Assembly (NCBI GenBank): GCA_964057225.1
Contig: CAXKVF010000077.1
Span: 372,001 to 436,000 of the forward strand
Direction of reading: 5' to 3'
From: Auanema rhodensis
Taxonomy: Eukaryota > Animalia > Nematoda
DNA: 64,000 nucleotides
Under the pieces are notes generated by a model. The model was not told the DNA's origin. It worked only from the letters and a program-made list of their open reading frames with translations, and did not search any database. The translations under genes were made by a program, and so were the position numbers. The first letter of the stretch is position 1. The number at the start of each line of letters is the position of its first letter. Below, in pieces: positions 42,701 through 58,100 of the stretch.

Positions 42701-45700
42701 ATCACGTGTACATTTAATGAGCATAAATTAAAGTTCACGTAAATTTCAAAGTCATGGTTACCATGAACTAATATCAATAAAAATTTGTTTTTAGACTAAT
42801 ATGGACATGGGGAATCTAATTTTGAAAACCGCATCTCTTTATCTTTCACGTGAAGCGAGTTACATACCAAGTGCACATCACGTGTACATTTAATTAGCAT
42901 AAATTAAAGTTCACGTAAATTTCAAAGTCATGGTTACCATGAACCAATATCAATAAAAATTTGTTTTTAGACTAATATGGACATGGGGAATCTAATTTTG
43001 AAAACCGCATCTCTTTATCGTTCACGTGAAGCGAGTTACATACCAAGTGCACATCACGTGTACATTTAATTAGCATAAATTAAAGTTCACGTAAATTTCA
43101 AAGTCATGGTTACCATGCACCAATATCAATAAAAATTTGTTTTTAGACTAATATGGACATGGGGAATCTAATTTTGGAAACCGCATCTCTTTATCTTTCA
43201 CGTGAAGCGAGTTACATACCAAGTGCACATCACGTGTACATTTAATTAGCATAAATTGAAGTTCACGTAAATTTCAAAGTCATGGTTACCATGAACCAAT
43301 ATCAATAAAAATTTGTTTTTAGACTAATATGGACATGGGGAATCTAATTTTGAAAACCGCATCTCTTTATCTTTCACGTGAAGCGAGTTACATACCAAGT
43401 GCACATCACGTGTACATTTAATTAGCATAAATTAAAGTTCACGTAAATTTCAAAGTCACGGTTACCATGAACCAATATCAATAAAAGTTTGTTTTTAGAC
43501 TAATATGGACATGGGGAATCTAATTTTGAAAACCGCATCTCTTTATCTTTCACGTGAAGCGAGTTACATACCAAGTGCACATCACGTGTACATTTAATGA
43601 GCATAAATTAAAGTTCACGTAAATTTCAAAGTCATGGTTACCATGAACTAATATCAATAAAAATTTGTTTTTAGACTAATATGGACATGGGGAATCTAAT
43701 TTTGAAAACCGCATCTCTTTATCTTTCACGTGAAGCGAGTTACATACCAAGTGCACATCACGTGTACATTTAATTAGCATAAATTAAAGTTCACGTAAAT
43801 TTCAAAGTCATGGTTACCATGAACCAATATCAATAAAAATTTGTTTTTAGACTAATATGGACATGGGGAATCTAATTTTGAAAACCGCATCTCTTTATCT
43901 TTCACGTGAAGCGAGTTACATACCAAGTGCACATCACGTGTACATTTAATTAGCATAAATTAAAGTTCACGTAAATTTCAAAGTCATGGTTACCATGCAC
44001 CAATATCAATAAAAATTTGTTTTTAAACTAATATGGACATGGGGAATCTAATTTTGAAAACCGCATCTCTTTATCTTTCACGTGAAGCGAGTTACATACC
44101 AAGTGCACATCACGTGTACATTTAATTAGCATAAATTAAAGTTCACGTAACTTTCAAAGTCATGGTTACCATGCACCAATATCAATAAAAATTTGTTTTT
44201 AGACTAATATGGACATGGGGAATCTAATTTTGAAAACCGCATCTCTTTATCTTTCACGTGAAGCGAGTTACATACCAAGTGCACATCACGTGTACATTTA
44301 ATTAGCATAAATTAAAGTTCACGTAACTTTCAAAGTCATGGTTACCATGCACCAATATCAATAAAAATTTGTTTTTAGACTAATATGGACATGGGGAATC
44401 TAATTTTGAAAACCGCATCTCTTTATCTTTCACGTGAAGCGAGTTACATACTAAGTGCACATCACGTGTACATTTAATTAGCATAAATTAAAGTTCACGT
44501 AAATTTCAAAGTCATGGTTACCATGAACCAATATCAATAAAAATTTGTTTTTAGACTAATATGGACATGGGGAATCTAATTTTGAAAACCGCATCTCTTT
44601 ATCTTTCACGTGAAGCGAGTTACATACCAAGTGCACATCACGTGTACATTTAATTAGCATAAATTAAAGTTCACGTAAATTTCAAAGTCATGGTTACCAT
44701 GCACCAATATCAATAAAAATTTGTTTTTAGACTAATATGGACATGGGGAATCTAATTTTGAAAACCGCATCTCTTTATCTTTCACGTGAAGCGAGTTACA
44801 TACCAAGTGCACATCACGTGTACATTTAATTAGCATAAATTAAAGTTCACGTAAATTTCAAAGTCATGGTTACCATGCACCAATATCAATAAAATTTTGT
44901 TTTTAGACTAATATGGACATGGGGAATCTAATTTTGAAAACCGCATCTCTTTATCTTTCACGTGAAGCGAGTTACATACCAAGTGCACATCACGTGTACA
45001 TTTAATTAGCATAAATTAAAGTTCACGTAAATTTCAAAGTCATGGTTACCATACACCAATATCAATAAAAATTTGTTTTTAGACTAATATGGACATGGGG
45101 AATCTAATTTTGAAAACCGCATCTCTTTATCTTTCACGTGAAGCGAGTTACATACCAAGTGCACATCACGTGTACATTTAATTAGCATAAATTAAAGTTC
45201 ACGTAAATTTCAAAGTCATGGTTACCATGAACCAATATCAATAAAAATTTGTTTTTAGACTAATATGGACATGGGGAATCTAATTTTGAAAACCGCATCT
45301 CTTTATCTTTCACGTGAAGCGAGTTACATACCAAGTGCACATCACGTGTACATTTAATTAGCATAAATTAAAGTTCACGTAAATTTCAAAGTCATGGTTA
45401 CCATGCACCAATATCAATAAAAATTTGTTTTTAAACTAATATGGACATGGGGAATCTAATTTTGAAAACCGCATCTCTTTATCTTTCACGTGAAGCGAGT
45501 TATATACCAAGTGCACATCACGTGTACATTTAATTAGCATAAATTAAAGTTCACGTAAATTTCAAAGTCATGGTTACCATGAACCAATATCAATAAAAAT
45601 TTGTTTTTAGACTAATATGGACATGGGGAATCTAATTTTGAAAACCGCATCTCTTTATCTTTCACGTGAAGCGAGTTACATACCAAGTGCACATCACGTG

Positions 45701-48700
45701 TACATTTAATGAGCATAAATTAAAGTTCACGTAAATTTCAAAGTCATGGTTACCATGAACTAATATCAATAAAAATTTGTTTTTAGACTAATATGGACAT
45801 GGGGAATCTAATTTTGAAAACCGCATCTCTTTATCTTTCACGTGAAGCGAGTTACATACCAAGTGCACATCACGTGTACATTTAATGAGCATAAATTAAA
45901 GTTCACGTAAATTTCAAAGTCATGGTTACCATGAACTAATATCAATAAAAATTTGTTTTTAGACTAATATGGACATGGGGAATCTAATTTTGAAAACCGC
46001 ATCTCTTTATCTTTCACGTGAAGCGAGTTACATACCAAGTGCACATCACGTGTACATTTAATTAGCATAAATTAAAGTTCACGTAAATTTCAAAGTCATG
46101 GTTACCATGAACCAATATCAATAAAAATTTGTTTTTAGACTAATATGGACATGGGGAATCTAATTTTGAAAACCGCATCTCTTTATCTTTCACGTGAAGC
46201 GAGTTACATACCAAGTGCACATCACGTGTACATTTAATTAGCATAAATTAAAGTTCACGTAAATTTCAAAGTCATGGTTACCATGCACCAATATCAATAA
46301 AAATTTGTTTTTAAACTAATATGGACATGGGGAATCTAATTTTGAAAACCGCATCTCTTTATCTTTCACGTGAAGCGAGTTACATACCAAGTGCACATCA
46401 CGTGTACATTTAATTAGCATAAATTAAAGTTCACGTAACTTTCAAAGTCATGGTTACCATGCACCAATATCAATAAAAATTTGTTTTTAGACTAATATGG
46501 ACATGGGGAATCTAATTTTGAAAACCGCATCTCTTTATCTTTCACGTGAAGCGAGTTACATACCAAGTGCACATCACGTGTACATTTAATTAGCATAAAT
46601 TAAAGTTCACGTAACTTTCAAAGTCATGGTTACCATGCACCAATATCAATAAAAATTTGTTTTTAGACTAATATGGACATGGGGAATCTAATTTTGAAAA
46701 CCGCATCTCTTTATCTTTCACGTGAAGCGAGTTACATACTAAGTGCACATCACGTGTACATTTAATTAGCATAAATTAAAGTTCACGTAAATTTCAAAGT
46801 CATGGTTACCATGAACCAATATCAATAAAAATTTGTTTTTAGACTAATATGGACATGGGGAATCTAATTTTGAAAACCGCATCTCTTTATCTTTCACGTG
46901 AAGCGAGTTACATACCAAGTGCACATCACGTGTACATTTAATTAGCATAAATTAAAGTTCACGTAAATTTCAAAGTCATGGTTACCATGCACCAATATCA
47001 ATAAAAATTTGTTTTTAAACTAATATGGACATGGGGAATCTAATTTTGAAAACCGCATCTCTTTATCTTTCACGTGAAGCGAGTTACATACCAAGTGCAC
47101 ATCACGTGTACATTTAATTAGCATAAATTAAAGTTCACGTAACTTTCAAAGTCATGGTTACCATGCACCAATATCAATAAAAATTTGTTTTTAGACTAAT
47201 ATGGACATGGGGAATCTAATTTTGAAAACCGCATCTCTTTATCTTTCACGTGAAGCGAGTTACATACCAAGTGCACATCACGTGTACATTTAATTAGCAT
47301 AAATTAAAGTTCACGTAACTTTCAAAGTCATGGTTACCATGCACCAATATCAATAAAAATTTGTTTTTAGACTAATATGGACATGGGGAATCTAATTTTG
47401 AAAACCGCATCTCTTTATCTTTCACGTGAAGCGAGTTACATACCAAGTGCACATCACGTGTACATTTAATTAGCATAAATTAAAGTTCACGTAAATTTCA
47501 AAGTCATGGTTACCATGCACCAATATCAATAAAAATTTGTTTTTAAACTAATATGGACATGGGGAATCTAATTTTGAAAACCGCATCTCTTTATCTTTCA
47601 CGTGAAGCGAGTTACATACCAAGTGCACATCACGTGTACATTTAATTAGCATAAATTAAAGTTCACGTAACTTTCAAAGTCATGGTTACCATGCACCAAT
47701 ATCAATAAAAATTTGTTTTTAGACTAATATGGACATGGGGAATCTAATTTTGAAAACCGCATCTCTTTATCTTTCACGTGAAGCGAGTTACATACCAAGT
47801 GCACATCACGTGTACATTTAATTAGCATAAATTAAAGTTCACGTAAATTTCAAAGTCATGGTTACCATGAACCAATATCAATAAAAATTTGTTTTTAGAC
47901 TAATATGGACATGGGGAATCTAATTTTGAAAACCGCATCTCTTTATCTTTCACGTGAAGCGAGTTACATACCAAGTGCACATCACGTGTACATTTAATTA
48001 GCATAAATTAAAGTTCACGTAAATTTCAAAGTCATGGTTACCATGAACCAATATCAATAAAAATTTGTTTTTAGACTAATATGGACATGGGGAATCTAAT
48101 TTTGAAAACCGCATCTCTTTATCTTTCACGTGAAGCGAGTTACATACCAAGTGCACATCACGTGTACATTTAATTAGCATAAATTAAAGTTCACGTAAAT
48201 TTCAAAGTCATGGTTACCATGAACCAATATCAATAAAAATTTGTTTTTAGACTAATATGGACATGGGGAATCTAATTTTGAAAACCGCATCTCTTTATCT
48301 TTCACGTGAAGCGAGTTACATACCAAGTGCACATCACGTGTACATTTAATTAGCATAAATTAAAGTTCACGTAAATTTCAAAGTCATGGTTACCATGAAC
48401 CAATATCAATAAAAATTTGTTTTTAGACTAATATGGACATGGGGAATCTAATTTTGAAAACCGCATCTCTTTATCTTTCACGTGAAGCGAGTTACATACC
48501 AAGTGCACATCACGTGTACATTTAATGAGCATAAATTAAAGTTCACGTAAATTTCAAAGTCATGGTTACCATGAACTAATATCAATAAAAATTTGTTTTT
48601 AGACTAATATGGACATGGGGAATCTAATTTTGAAAACCGCATCTCTTTATCTTTCACGTGAAGCGAGTTACATACCAAGTGCACATCACGTGTACATTTA

Positions 48701-51700
48701 ATTAGCATAAATTAAAGTTCACGTAAATTTCAAAGTCATGGTTACCATGAACCAATATCAATAAAAATTTGTTTTTAGACTAATATGGACATGGGGAATC
48801 TAATTTTGAAAACCGCATCTCTTTATCTTTCACGTGAAGCGAGTTACATACCAAGTGCACATCACGTGTACATTTAATTAGCATAAATTAAAGTTCACGT
48901 AAATTTCAAAGTCATGGTTACCATGCACCAATATCAATAAAAATTTGTTTTTAAACTAATATGGACATGGGGAATCTAATTTTGAAAACCGCATCTCTTT
49001 ATCTTTCACGTGAAGCGAGTTACATACCAAGTGCACATCACGTGTACATTTAATTAGCATAAATTAAAGTTCACGTAACTTTCAAAGTCATGGTTACCAT
49101 GCACCAATATCAATAAAAATTTGTTTTTAGACTAATATGGACATGGGGAATCTAATTTTGAAAACCGCATCTCTTTATCTTTCACGTGAAGCGAGTTACA
49201 TACCAAGTGCACATCACGTGTACATTTAATTAGCATAAATTAAAGTTCACGTAACTTTCAAAGTCATGGTTACCATGCACCAATATCAATAAAAATTTGT
49301 TTTTAGACTAATATGGACATGGGGAATCTAATTTTGAAAACCGCATCTCTTTATCTTTCACGTGAAGCGAGTTACATACTAAGTGCACATCACGTGTACA
49401 TTTAATTAGCATAAATTAAAGTTCACGTAAATTTCAAAGTCATGGTTACCATGAACCAATATCAATAAAAATTTGTTTTTAGACTAATATGGACATGGGG
49501 AATCTAATTTTGAAAACCGCATCTCTTTATCTTTCACGTGAAGCGAGTTACATACCAAGTGCACATCACGTGTACATTTAATTAGCATAAATTAAAGTTC
49601 ACGTAAATTTCAAAGTCATGGTTACCATGCACCAATATCAATAAAAATTTGTTTTTAAACTAATATGGACATGGGGAATCTAATTTTGAAAACCGCATCT
49701 CTTTATCTTTCACGTGAAGCGAGTTACATACCAAGTGCACATCACGTGTACATTTAATTAGCATAAATTAAAGTTCACGTAAATTTCAAAGTCATGGTTA
49801 CCATGCACCAATATCGATAAAAATTTGTTTTTAGACTAATATGGACATGGGGAATCTAATTTTGAAAACCGCATCTCTTTATCTTTCACGTGAAGCGAGT
49901 TACATACCAAGTGCACATCACGTGTACATTTAATTAGCATAAATTAAAGTTCACGTAAATTTCAAAGTCATGGTTACCATGAACCAATATCAATAAAAAT
50001 TTGTTTTTAGACTAATATGGACATGGGGAATCTAATTTTGAGAACCGCATCTCTTTATCTTTCACGTGAAGCGAGTTCCATACCAAGTGCACATCACGTG
50101 TACATTTAATTAGCATAAATTAAAGTTCACGTAAATTTCAAAGTCATGGTTACCATGAACCAATATCAATAAAAATTTGTTTTTAGACTAATATGGACAT
50201 GGGGAATCTAATTTTGAAAACCGCATCTCTTTATCTTTCACGTGAAGCGAGTTACATACCAAGTGCCCATCACGTGTACATTTAATTAGCATAAATTAAA
50301 GTTCACGTAAATTTCAAAGTCATGGTTACCATGCACCAATATCAATCAAAATTTGTTTTTAGACTAATATGGACATGGAGAATCTAATTTTGAAAACCGC
50401 ATCTCTTTATCTTTCACGTGAAGCGAGTTACGTACCAAGTGCACATCACGTGTACATTTAATTAGCATAAATTAAAGTTCACGTAAATTTCAAAGTCATG
50501 GTTACCATGCACCAATATCAATAAAAATTTGTTTTTAGACTAATATGGACATGGGGAATCTAATTTTGAAAACCGCATCTCTTTATCTTTCACGTGAAGC
50601 GAGTTACATACCAAGTGCACATCACGTGTACATTTAATTAGCATAAATTAAAGTTCACGTAAATTTCAAAGTCATGGTTACCATGCACCAATATCAATAA
50701 AAATTTGTTTTTAGACTAATATGGACATGGAGAATCTAATTTTGAAAACCGCATCTCTTTATCTTTCACGTGAAGCGAGTTACATACCAAGTGCACATCA
50801 CGTGTACATTTAATTAGCATAAATTAAAGTTCACGTAAATTTCAAAGTCATGGTTACCATGCACCAATATCAATAAAAATTTGTTTTTAGACTAATATGG
50901 ACATGGAGAATCTAATTTTGAAAACCGCATATCTTTATCTTTCACGTGAAGCGAGTTACATACCAAGTGCACATCACGTGTACATTTAATTAGCATTAAT
51001 TAAAGTTCACGTAAATTTCAAAGTCATGGTTACCATGAACCAATATCAATAAAAATTTGTTTTTAGACTAATATGGACATGGGGAATCTAATTTTGAAAA
51101 CCGCATCTCTTTATCTTTCACGTGAAGCGAGTTACATACCAAGTGCACATCACGTGTACATTTAATTAGCATTAATTAAAGTTCACGTAAATTTCAAAGT
51201 CATGGTTACCATGAACCAATATCAATAAAAATTTGTTTTTAGACTAATATGGACATGGGGAATCTAATTTTGAAAACCGCATCTCTTTATCTTTCACGTG
51301 AAGCGAGTTACATACCAAGTGCACATCACGTGTACATTTAATTAGCATAAATTAAAGTTCACGTAAATTTCAAAGTCATGGTTACCATGAACCAATATCA
51401 ATAAAAATTTGTTTTTAGACTAATATGGACATGGGGAATCTAATTTTGAAAACCGCATCTCTTTATCTTTCACGTGAAGCGAGTTACATACCAAGTGCAC
51501 ATCACGTGTACATTTAATGAGCATAAATTAAAGTTCACGTAAATTTCAAAGTCATGGTTACCATGAACTAATATCAATAAAAATTTGTTTTTAGACTAAT
51601 ATGGACATGGGGAATCTAATTTTGAAAACCGCATCTCTTTATCTTTCACGTGAAGCGAGTTACATACCAAGTGCACATCACGTGTACATTTAATTAGCAT

Positions 51701-54700
51701 AAATTAAAGTTCACGTAAATTTCAAAGTCATGGTTACCATGAACCAATATCAATAAAAATTTGTTTTTAGACTAATATGGACATGGGGAATCTAATTTTG
51801 AAAACCGCATCTCTTTATCTTTCACGTGAAGCGAGTTACATACCAAGTGCCCATCACGTGTACATTTAATTAGCATAAATTAAAGTTCACGTAAATTTCA
51901 AAGTCATGGTTACCATGCACCAATATCAATCAAAATTTGTTTTTAGACTAATATGGACATGGGGAATCTAATTTTGAAAACCGCATCTCGTTATCTTTCA
52001 CGTGAAGCGAGTTACATACCAAGTGCACATCACGTGTACATTTAATTAGCATAAATTAAAGTTCACGTAAATTTCAAAGTCATGGTTACCATGCACCAAT
52101 ATCAATAAAAATTTGTTTTTAGACTAATATGGACATGGGGAATCTAATTTTGAAAACCGCATCTCTTTATCTTTCACGTGAAGCGAGTTACATACCAAGT
52201 GCACATCACGTGTACATTTAATTAGCATAAATTAAAGTTCACGTAAATTTCAAAGTCATGGTTACCATGCACCAATATCAATAAAAATTTGTTTTTATAC
52301 TAATATGGACATGGGGAATCTAATTTTGAAAACCGCATCTCTTTATCTTTCACGTGAAGCGAGTTACATACCAAGTGCACATCACGTGCACATTTAATTA
52401 GCATAAATTAAAGTTCACGTAAATTTCAAAGTCATGGTTACCATGCACCAATATCAATAAAAATTTGTTTTTAGACTAATATGGACATGGAGAATCTAAT
52501 TTTGAAAACCGCATCTCTTTATCTTTCACGTGAAGCGAGTTACATACCAAGTGCACATCACGTGTACATTTAATTAGCATTAATTAAAGTTCACGTAAAT
52601 TTCAAAGTCATGGTTACCATGAACCAATATCAATAAAAATTTGTTTTTAGACTAATATGGACATGGGGAATCTAATTTTGAAAACCGCATCTCTTTATCT
52701 TTCACGTGAAGCGAGTTACATACCAAGTGCACATCACGTGTACATTTAATTAGCATTAATTAAAGTTCACGTAAATTTCAAAGTCATGGTTACCATGAAC
52801 CAATATCAATAAAAATTTGTTTTTAGACTAATATGGACATGGGGAATCTAATTTTGAAAACCGCATCTCTTTATCTTTCACGTGAAGCGAGTTACATACC
52901 AAGTGCACATCACGTGTACATTTAATTAGCATAAATTAAAGTTCACGTAAATTTCAAAGTCATGGTTACCATGAACCAATATCAATAAAAATTTGTTTTT
53001 AGACTAATATGGACATGGGGAATCTAATTTTGAAAACCGCATCTCTTTATCTTTCACGTGAAGCGAGTTACATACCAAGTGCACATCACGTGTACATTTA
53101 ATGAGCATAAATTAAAGTTCACGTAAATTTCAAAGTCATGGTTACCATGAACTAATATCAATAAAAATTTGTTTTTAGACTAATATGGACATGGGGAATC
53201 TAATTTTGAAAACCGCATCTCTTTATCTTTCACGTGAAGCGAGTTACATACCAAGTGCACATCACGTGTACATTTAATTAGCATAAATTAAAGTTCACGT
53301 AAATTTCAAAGTCATGGTTACCATGAACCAATATCAATAAAAATTTGTGTTAAGACTAATATGGACATGGGGAATCTAATTTTGAAAACCGCATCTCTTT
53401 ATCTTTCACGTGAAGCGAGTTACATACCAAGTGCACATCACGTGTACATTTAATTAGCATAAATTAAAGTTCACGTAAATTTCAAAGTCATGGTTACCAT
53501 GAACCAATATCAATAAAAATTTGTTTTTAGACTAATATGGACATGGGGAATCTAATTTTGAAAACCGCATCTCTTTATCGTTCACGTGAAGCGAGTTACA
53601 TACCAAGTGCACATCACGTGTACATTTAATTAGCATAAATTAAAGTTCACGTAAATTTCAAAGTCATGGTTACCATGCACCAATATCAATAAAAATTTGT
53701 TTTTAGACTAATATGGACATGGGGAATCTAATTTTGGAAACCGCATCTCTTTATCTTTCACGTGAAGCGAGTTACATACCAAGTGCACATCACGTGTACA
53801 TTTAATTAGCATAAATTGAAGTTCACGTAAATTTCAAAGTCATGGTTACCATGAACCAATATCAATAAAAATTTGTTTTTAGACTAATATGGACATGGGG
53901 AATCTAATTTTGAAAACCGCATCTCTTTATCTTTCACGTGAAGCGAGTTACATACCAAGTGCACATCACGTGTACATTTAATTAGCATAAATTAAAGTTC
54001 ACGTAAATTTCAAAGTCATGGTTACCATGAACCAATATCAATAAAAATTTGTTTTTAGACTAATATGGACATGGGGAATCTAATTTTGAAAACCGCATCT
54101 CTTTATCTTTCACGTGAAGCGAGTTACATACCAAGTGCACATCACGTGTACATTTAATGAGCATAAATTAAAGTTCACGTAAATTTCAAAGTCATGGTTA
54201 CCATGAACTAATATCAATAAAAATTTGTTTTTAGACTAATATGGACATGGGGAATCTAATTTTGAAAACCGCATCTCTTTATCTTTCACGTGAAGCGAGT
54301 TACATACCAAGTGCACATCACGTGTACATTTAATGAGCATAAATTAAAGTTCACGTAAATTTCAAAGTCATGGTTACCATGAACTAATATCAATAAAAAT
54401 TTGTTTTTAGACTAATATGGACATGGGGAATCTAATTTTGAAAACCGCATCTCTTTATCTTTCACGTGAAGCGAGTTACATACCAAGTGCACATCACGTG
54501 TACATTTAATTAGCATAAATTAAAGTTCACGTAAATTTCAAAGTCATGGTTACCATGAACCAATATCAATAAAAATTTGTTTTTAGACTAATATGGACAT
54601 GGGGAATCTAATTTTGAAAACCGCATCTCTTTATCTTTCACGTGAAGCGAGTTACATACCAAGTGCACATCACGTGTACATTTAATTAGCATAAATTAAA

Positions 54701-55100
54701 GTTCACGTAAATTTCAAAGTCATGGTTACCATGAACCAATATCAATAAAAATTTGTTTTTAGACTAATATGGACATGGGGAATCTAATTTTGAAAACCGC
54801 ATCTCTTTATCGTTCACGTGAAGCGAGTTACATACCAAGTGCACATCACGTGTACATTTAATTAGCATAAATTAAAGTTCACGTAAATTTCAAAGTCATG
54901 GTTACCATGCACCAATATCAATAAAAATTTGTTTTTAGACTAATATGGACATGGGGAATCTAATTTTGGAAACCGCATCTCTTTATCTTTCACGTGAAGC
55001 GAGTTACATACCAAGTGCACATCACGTGTACATTTAATTAGCATAAATTGAAGTTCACGTAAATTTCAAAGTCATGGTTACCATGAACCAATATCAATAA
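36800..55100 (+). repeat. Long-range ~11.6-12.1 kb (66-69 monomer) block duplication
   Basis: Offset 12144: 37236/49380, 37672/49816, 38203/50347. Offset 11616: 38763/50379, 40682/52298, 41733/53349, 41964/53580, 42121/53737. Boundaries are approximate. Confidence 0.85.
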
Positions 55101-58100
55101 AAATTTGTTTTTAGACTAATATGGACATGGGGAATCTAATTTTGAAAACCGCATCTCTTTATCTTTCACGTGAAGCGAGTTACATACCAAGTGCACATCA
55201 CGTGTACATTTAATTAGCATAAATTAAAGTTCACGTAATTTTCAAAGTCATGGTTACCATGAACCAATATCAATAAAAATTTGTTTTTAGACTAATATGG
55301 ACATGGGGAATCTAATTTTGAAAACCGCATCTCTTTATCTTTCACGTGAAGCGAGTTACATACCAAGTGCACATCACGTGTACATTTAATTAGCATAAAT
55401 TAAAGTTCACGTAAATTTCAAAGTCATGGTTACCATGAACCAATATCAATAAAAATTTGTTTTTAGACTAATATGGACATGGGGAATCTAATTTTGAAAA
55501 CCGCATCTCTTTATCTTTCACGTGAAGCGAGTTACATACCAAGTGCACATCACGTGTACATTTAATGAGCATAAATTAAAGTTCACGTAAATTTCAAAGT
55601 CATGGTTACCATGAACTAATATCAATAAAAATTTGTTTTTAGACTAATATGGACATGGGGAATCTAATTTTGAAAACCGCATCTCTTTATCTTTCACGTG
55701 AAGCGAGTTACATACCAAGTGCACATCACGTGTACATTTAATTAGCATAAATTAAAGTTCACGTAAATTTCAAAGTCATGGTTACCATGAACCAATATCA
55801 ATAAAAATTTGTTTTTAGACTAATATGGACATGGGGAATCTAATTTTGAAAACCGCATCTCTTTATCTTTCACGTGAAGCGAGTTACATACCAAGTGCCC
55901 ATCACGTGTACATTTAATTAGCATAAATTAAAGTTCACGTAAATTTCAAAGTCATGGTTACCATGCACCAATATCAATCAAAATTTGTTTTTAGACTAAT
56001 ATGGACATGGGGAATCTAATTTTGAAAACCGCATCTCGTTATCTTTCACGTGAAGCGAGTTACATACCAAGTGCACATCACGTGTACATTTAATTAGCAT
56101 AAATTAAAGTTCACGTAAATTTCAAAGTCATGGTTACCATGCACCAATATCAATAAAAATTTGTTTTTAGACTAATATGGACATGGGGAATCTAATTTTG
56201 AAAACCGCATCTCTTTATCTTTCACGTGAAGCGAGTTACATACCAAGTGCACATCACGTGTACATTTAATTAGCATAAATTAAAGTTCACGTAAATTTCA
56301 AAGTCATGGTTACCATGCACCAATATCAATAAAAATTTGTTTTTATACTAATATGGACATGGGGAATCTAATTTTGAAAACCGCATCTCTTTATCTTTCA
56401 CGTGAAGCGAGTTACATACCAAGTGCACATCACGTGTACATTTAATTAGCATAAATTAAAGTTCACGTAAATTTCAAAGTCATGGTTACCATGCACCAAT
56501 ATCAATAAAAATTTGTTTTTAGACTAATATGGACATGGAGAATCTAATTTTGAAAACCGCATCTCTTTATCTTTCACGTGAAGCGAGTTACATACCAAGT
56601 GCACATCACGTGTACATTTAATTAGCATTAATTAAAGTTCACGTAAATTTCAAAGTCATGGTTACCATGAACCAATATCAATAAAAATTTGTTTTTAGAC
56701 TAATATGGACATGGGGAATCTAATTTTGAAAACCGCATCTCTTTATCTTTCACGTGAAGCGAGTTACATACCAAGTGCACATCACGTGTACATTTAATTA
56801 GCATTAATTAAAGTTCACGTAAATTTCAAAGTCATGGTTACCATGAACCAATATCAATAAAAATTTGTTTTTAGACTAATATGGACATGGGGAATCTAAT
56901 TTTGAAAACCGCATCTCTTTATCTTTCACGTGAAGCGAGTTACATACCAAGTGCACATCACGTGTACATTTAATTAGCATAAATTAAAGTTCACGTAAAT
57001 TTCAAAGTCATGGTTACCATGAACCAATATCAATAAAAATTTGTTTTTAGACTAATATGGACATGGGGAATCTAATTTTGAAAACCGCATCTCTTTATCT
57101 TTCACGTGAAGCGAGTTACATACCAAGTGCACATCACGTGTACATTTAATGAGCATAAATTAAAGTTCACGTAAATTTCAAAGTCATGGTTACCATGAAC
57201 TAATATCAATAAAAATTTGTTTTTAGACTAATATGGACATGGGGAATCTAATTTTGAAAACCGCATCTCTTTATCTTTCACGTGAAGCGAGTTACATACC
57301 AAGTGCACATCACGTGTACATTTAATTAGCATAAATTAAAGTTCACGTAAATTTCAAAGTCATGGTTACCATGAACCAATATCAATAAAAATTTGTGTTA
57401 AGACTAATATGGACATGGGGAATCTAATTTTGAAAACCGCATCTCTTTATCTTTCACGTGAAGCGAGTTACATACCAAGTGCACATCACGTGTACATTTA
57501 ATTAGCATAAATTAAAGTTCACGTAAATTTCAAAGTCATGGTTACCATGAACTAATATCAATAAAAATTTGTTTTTAGACTAATATGGACATGGGGAATC
57601 TAATTTTGAAAACCGCATCTCTTTATCTTTCACGTGAAGCGAGTTACATACCAAGTGCACATCACGTGTACATTTAATTAGCATAAATTAAAGTTCACGT
57701 AAATTTCAAAGTCATGGTTACCATGAACCAATATCAATAAAAATTTGTTTTTAGACTAATATGGACATGGGGAATCTAATTTTGAAAACCGCATCTCTTT
57801 ATCTTTCACGTGAAGCGAGTTACATACCAAGTGCCCATCACGTGTACATTTAATTAGCATAAATTAAAGTTCACGTAAATTTCAAAGTCATGGTTACCAT
57901 GCACCAATATCAATCAAAATTTGTTTTTAGACTAATATGGACATGGGGAATCTAATTTTGAAAACCGCATCTCGTTATCTTTCACGTGAAGCGAGTTACA
58001 TACCAAGTGCACATCACGTGTACATTTAATTAGCATAAATTAAAGTTCACGTAAATTTCAAAGTCATGGTTACCATGCACCAATATCAATAAAAATTTGT

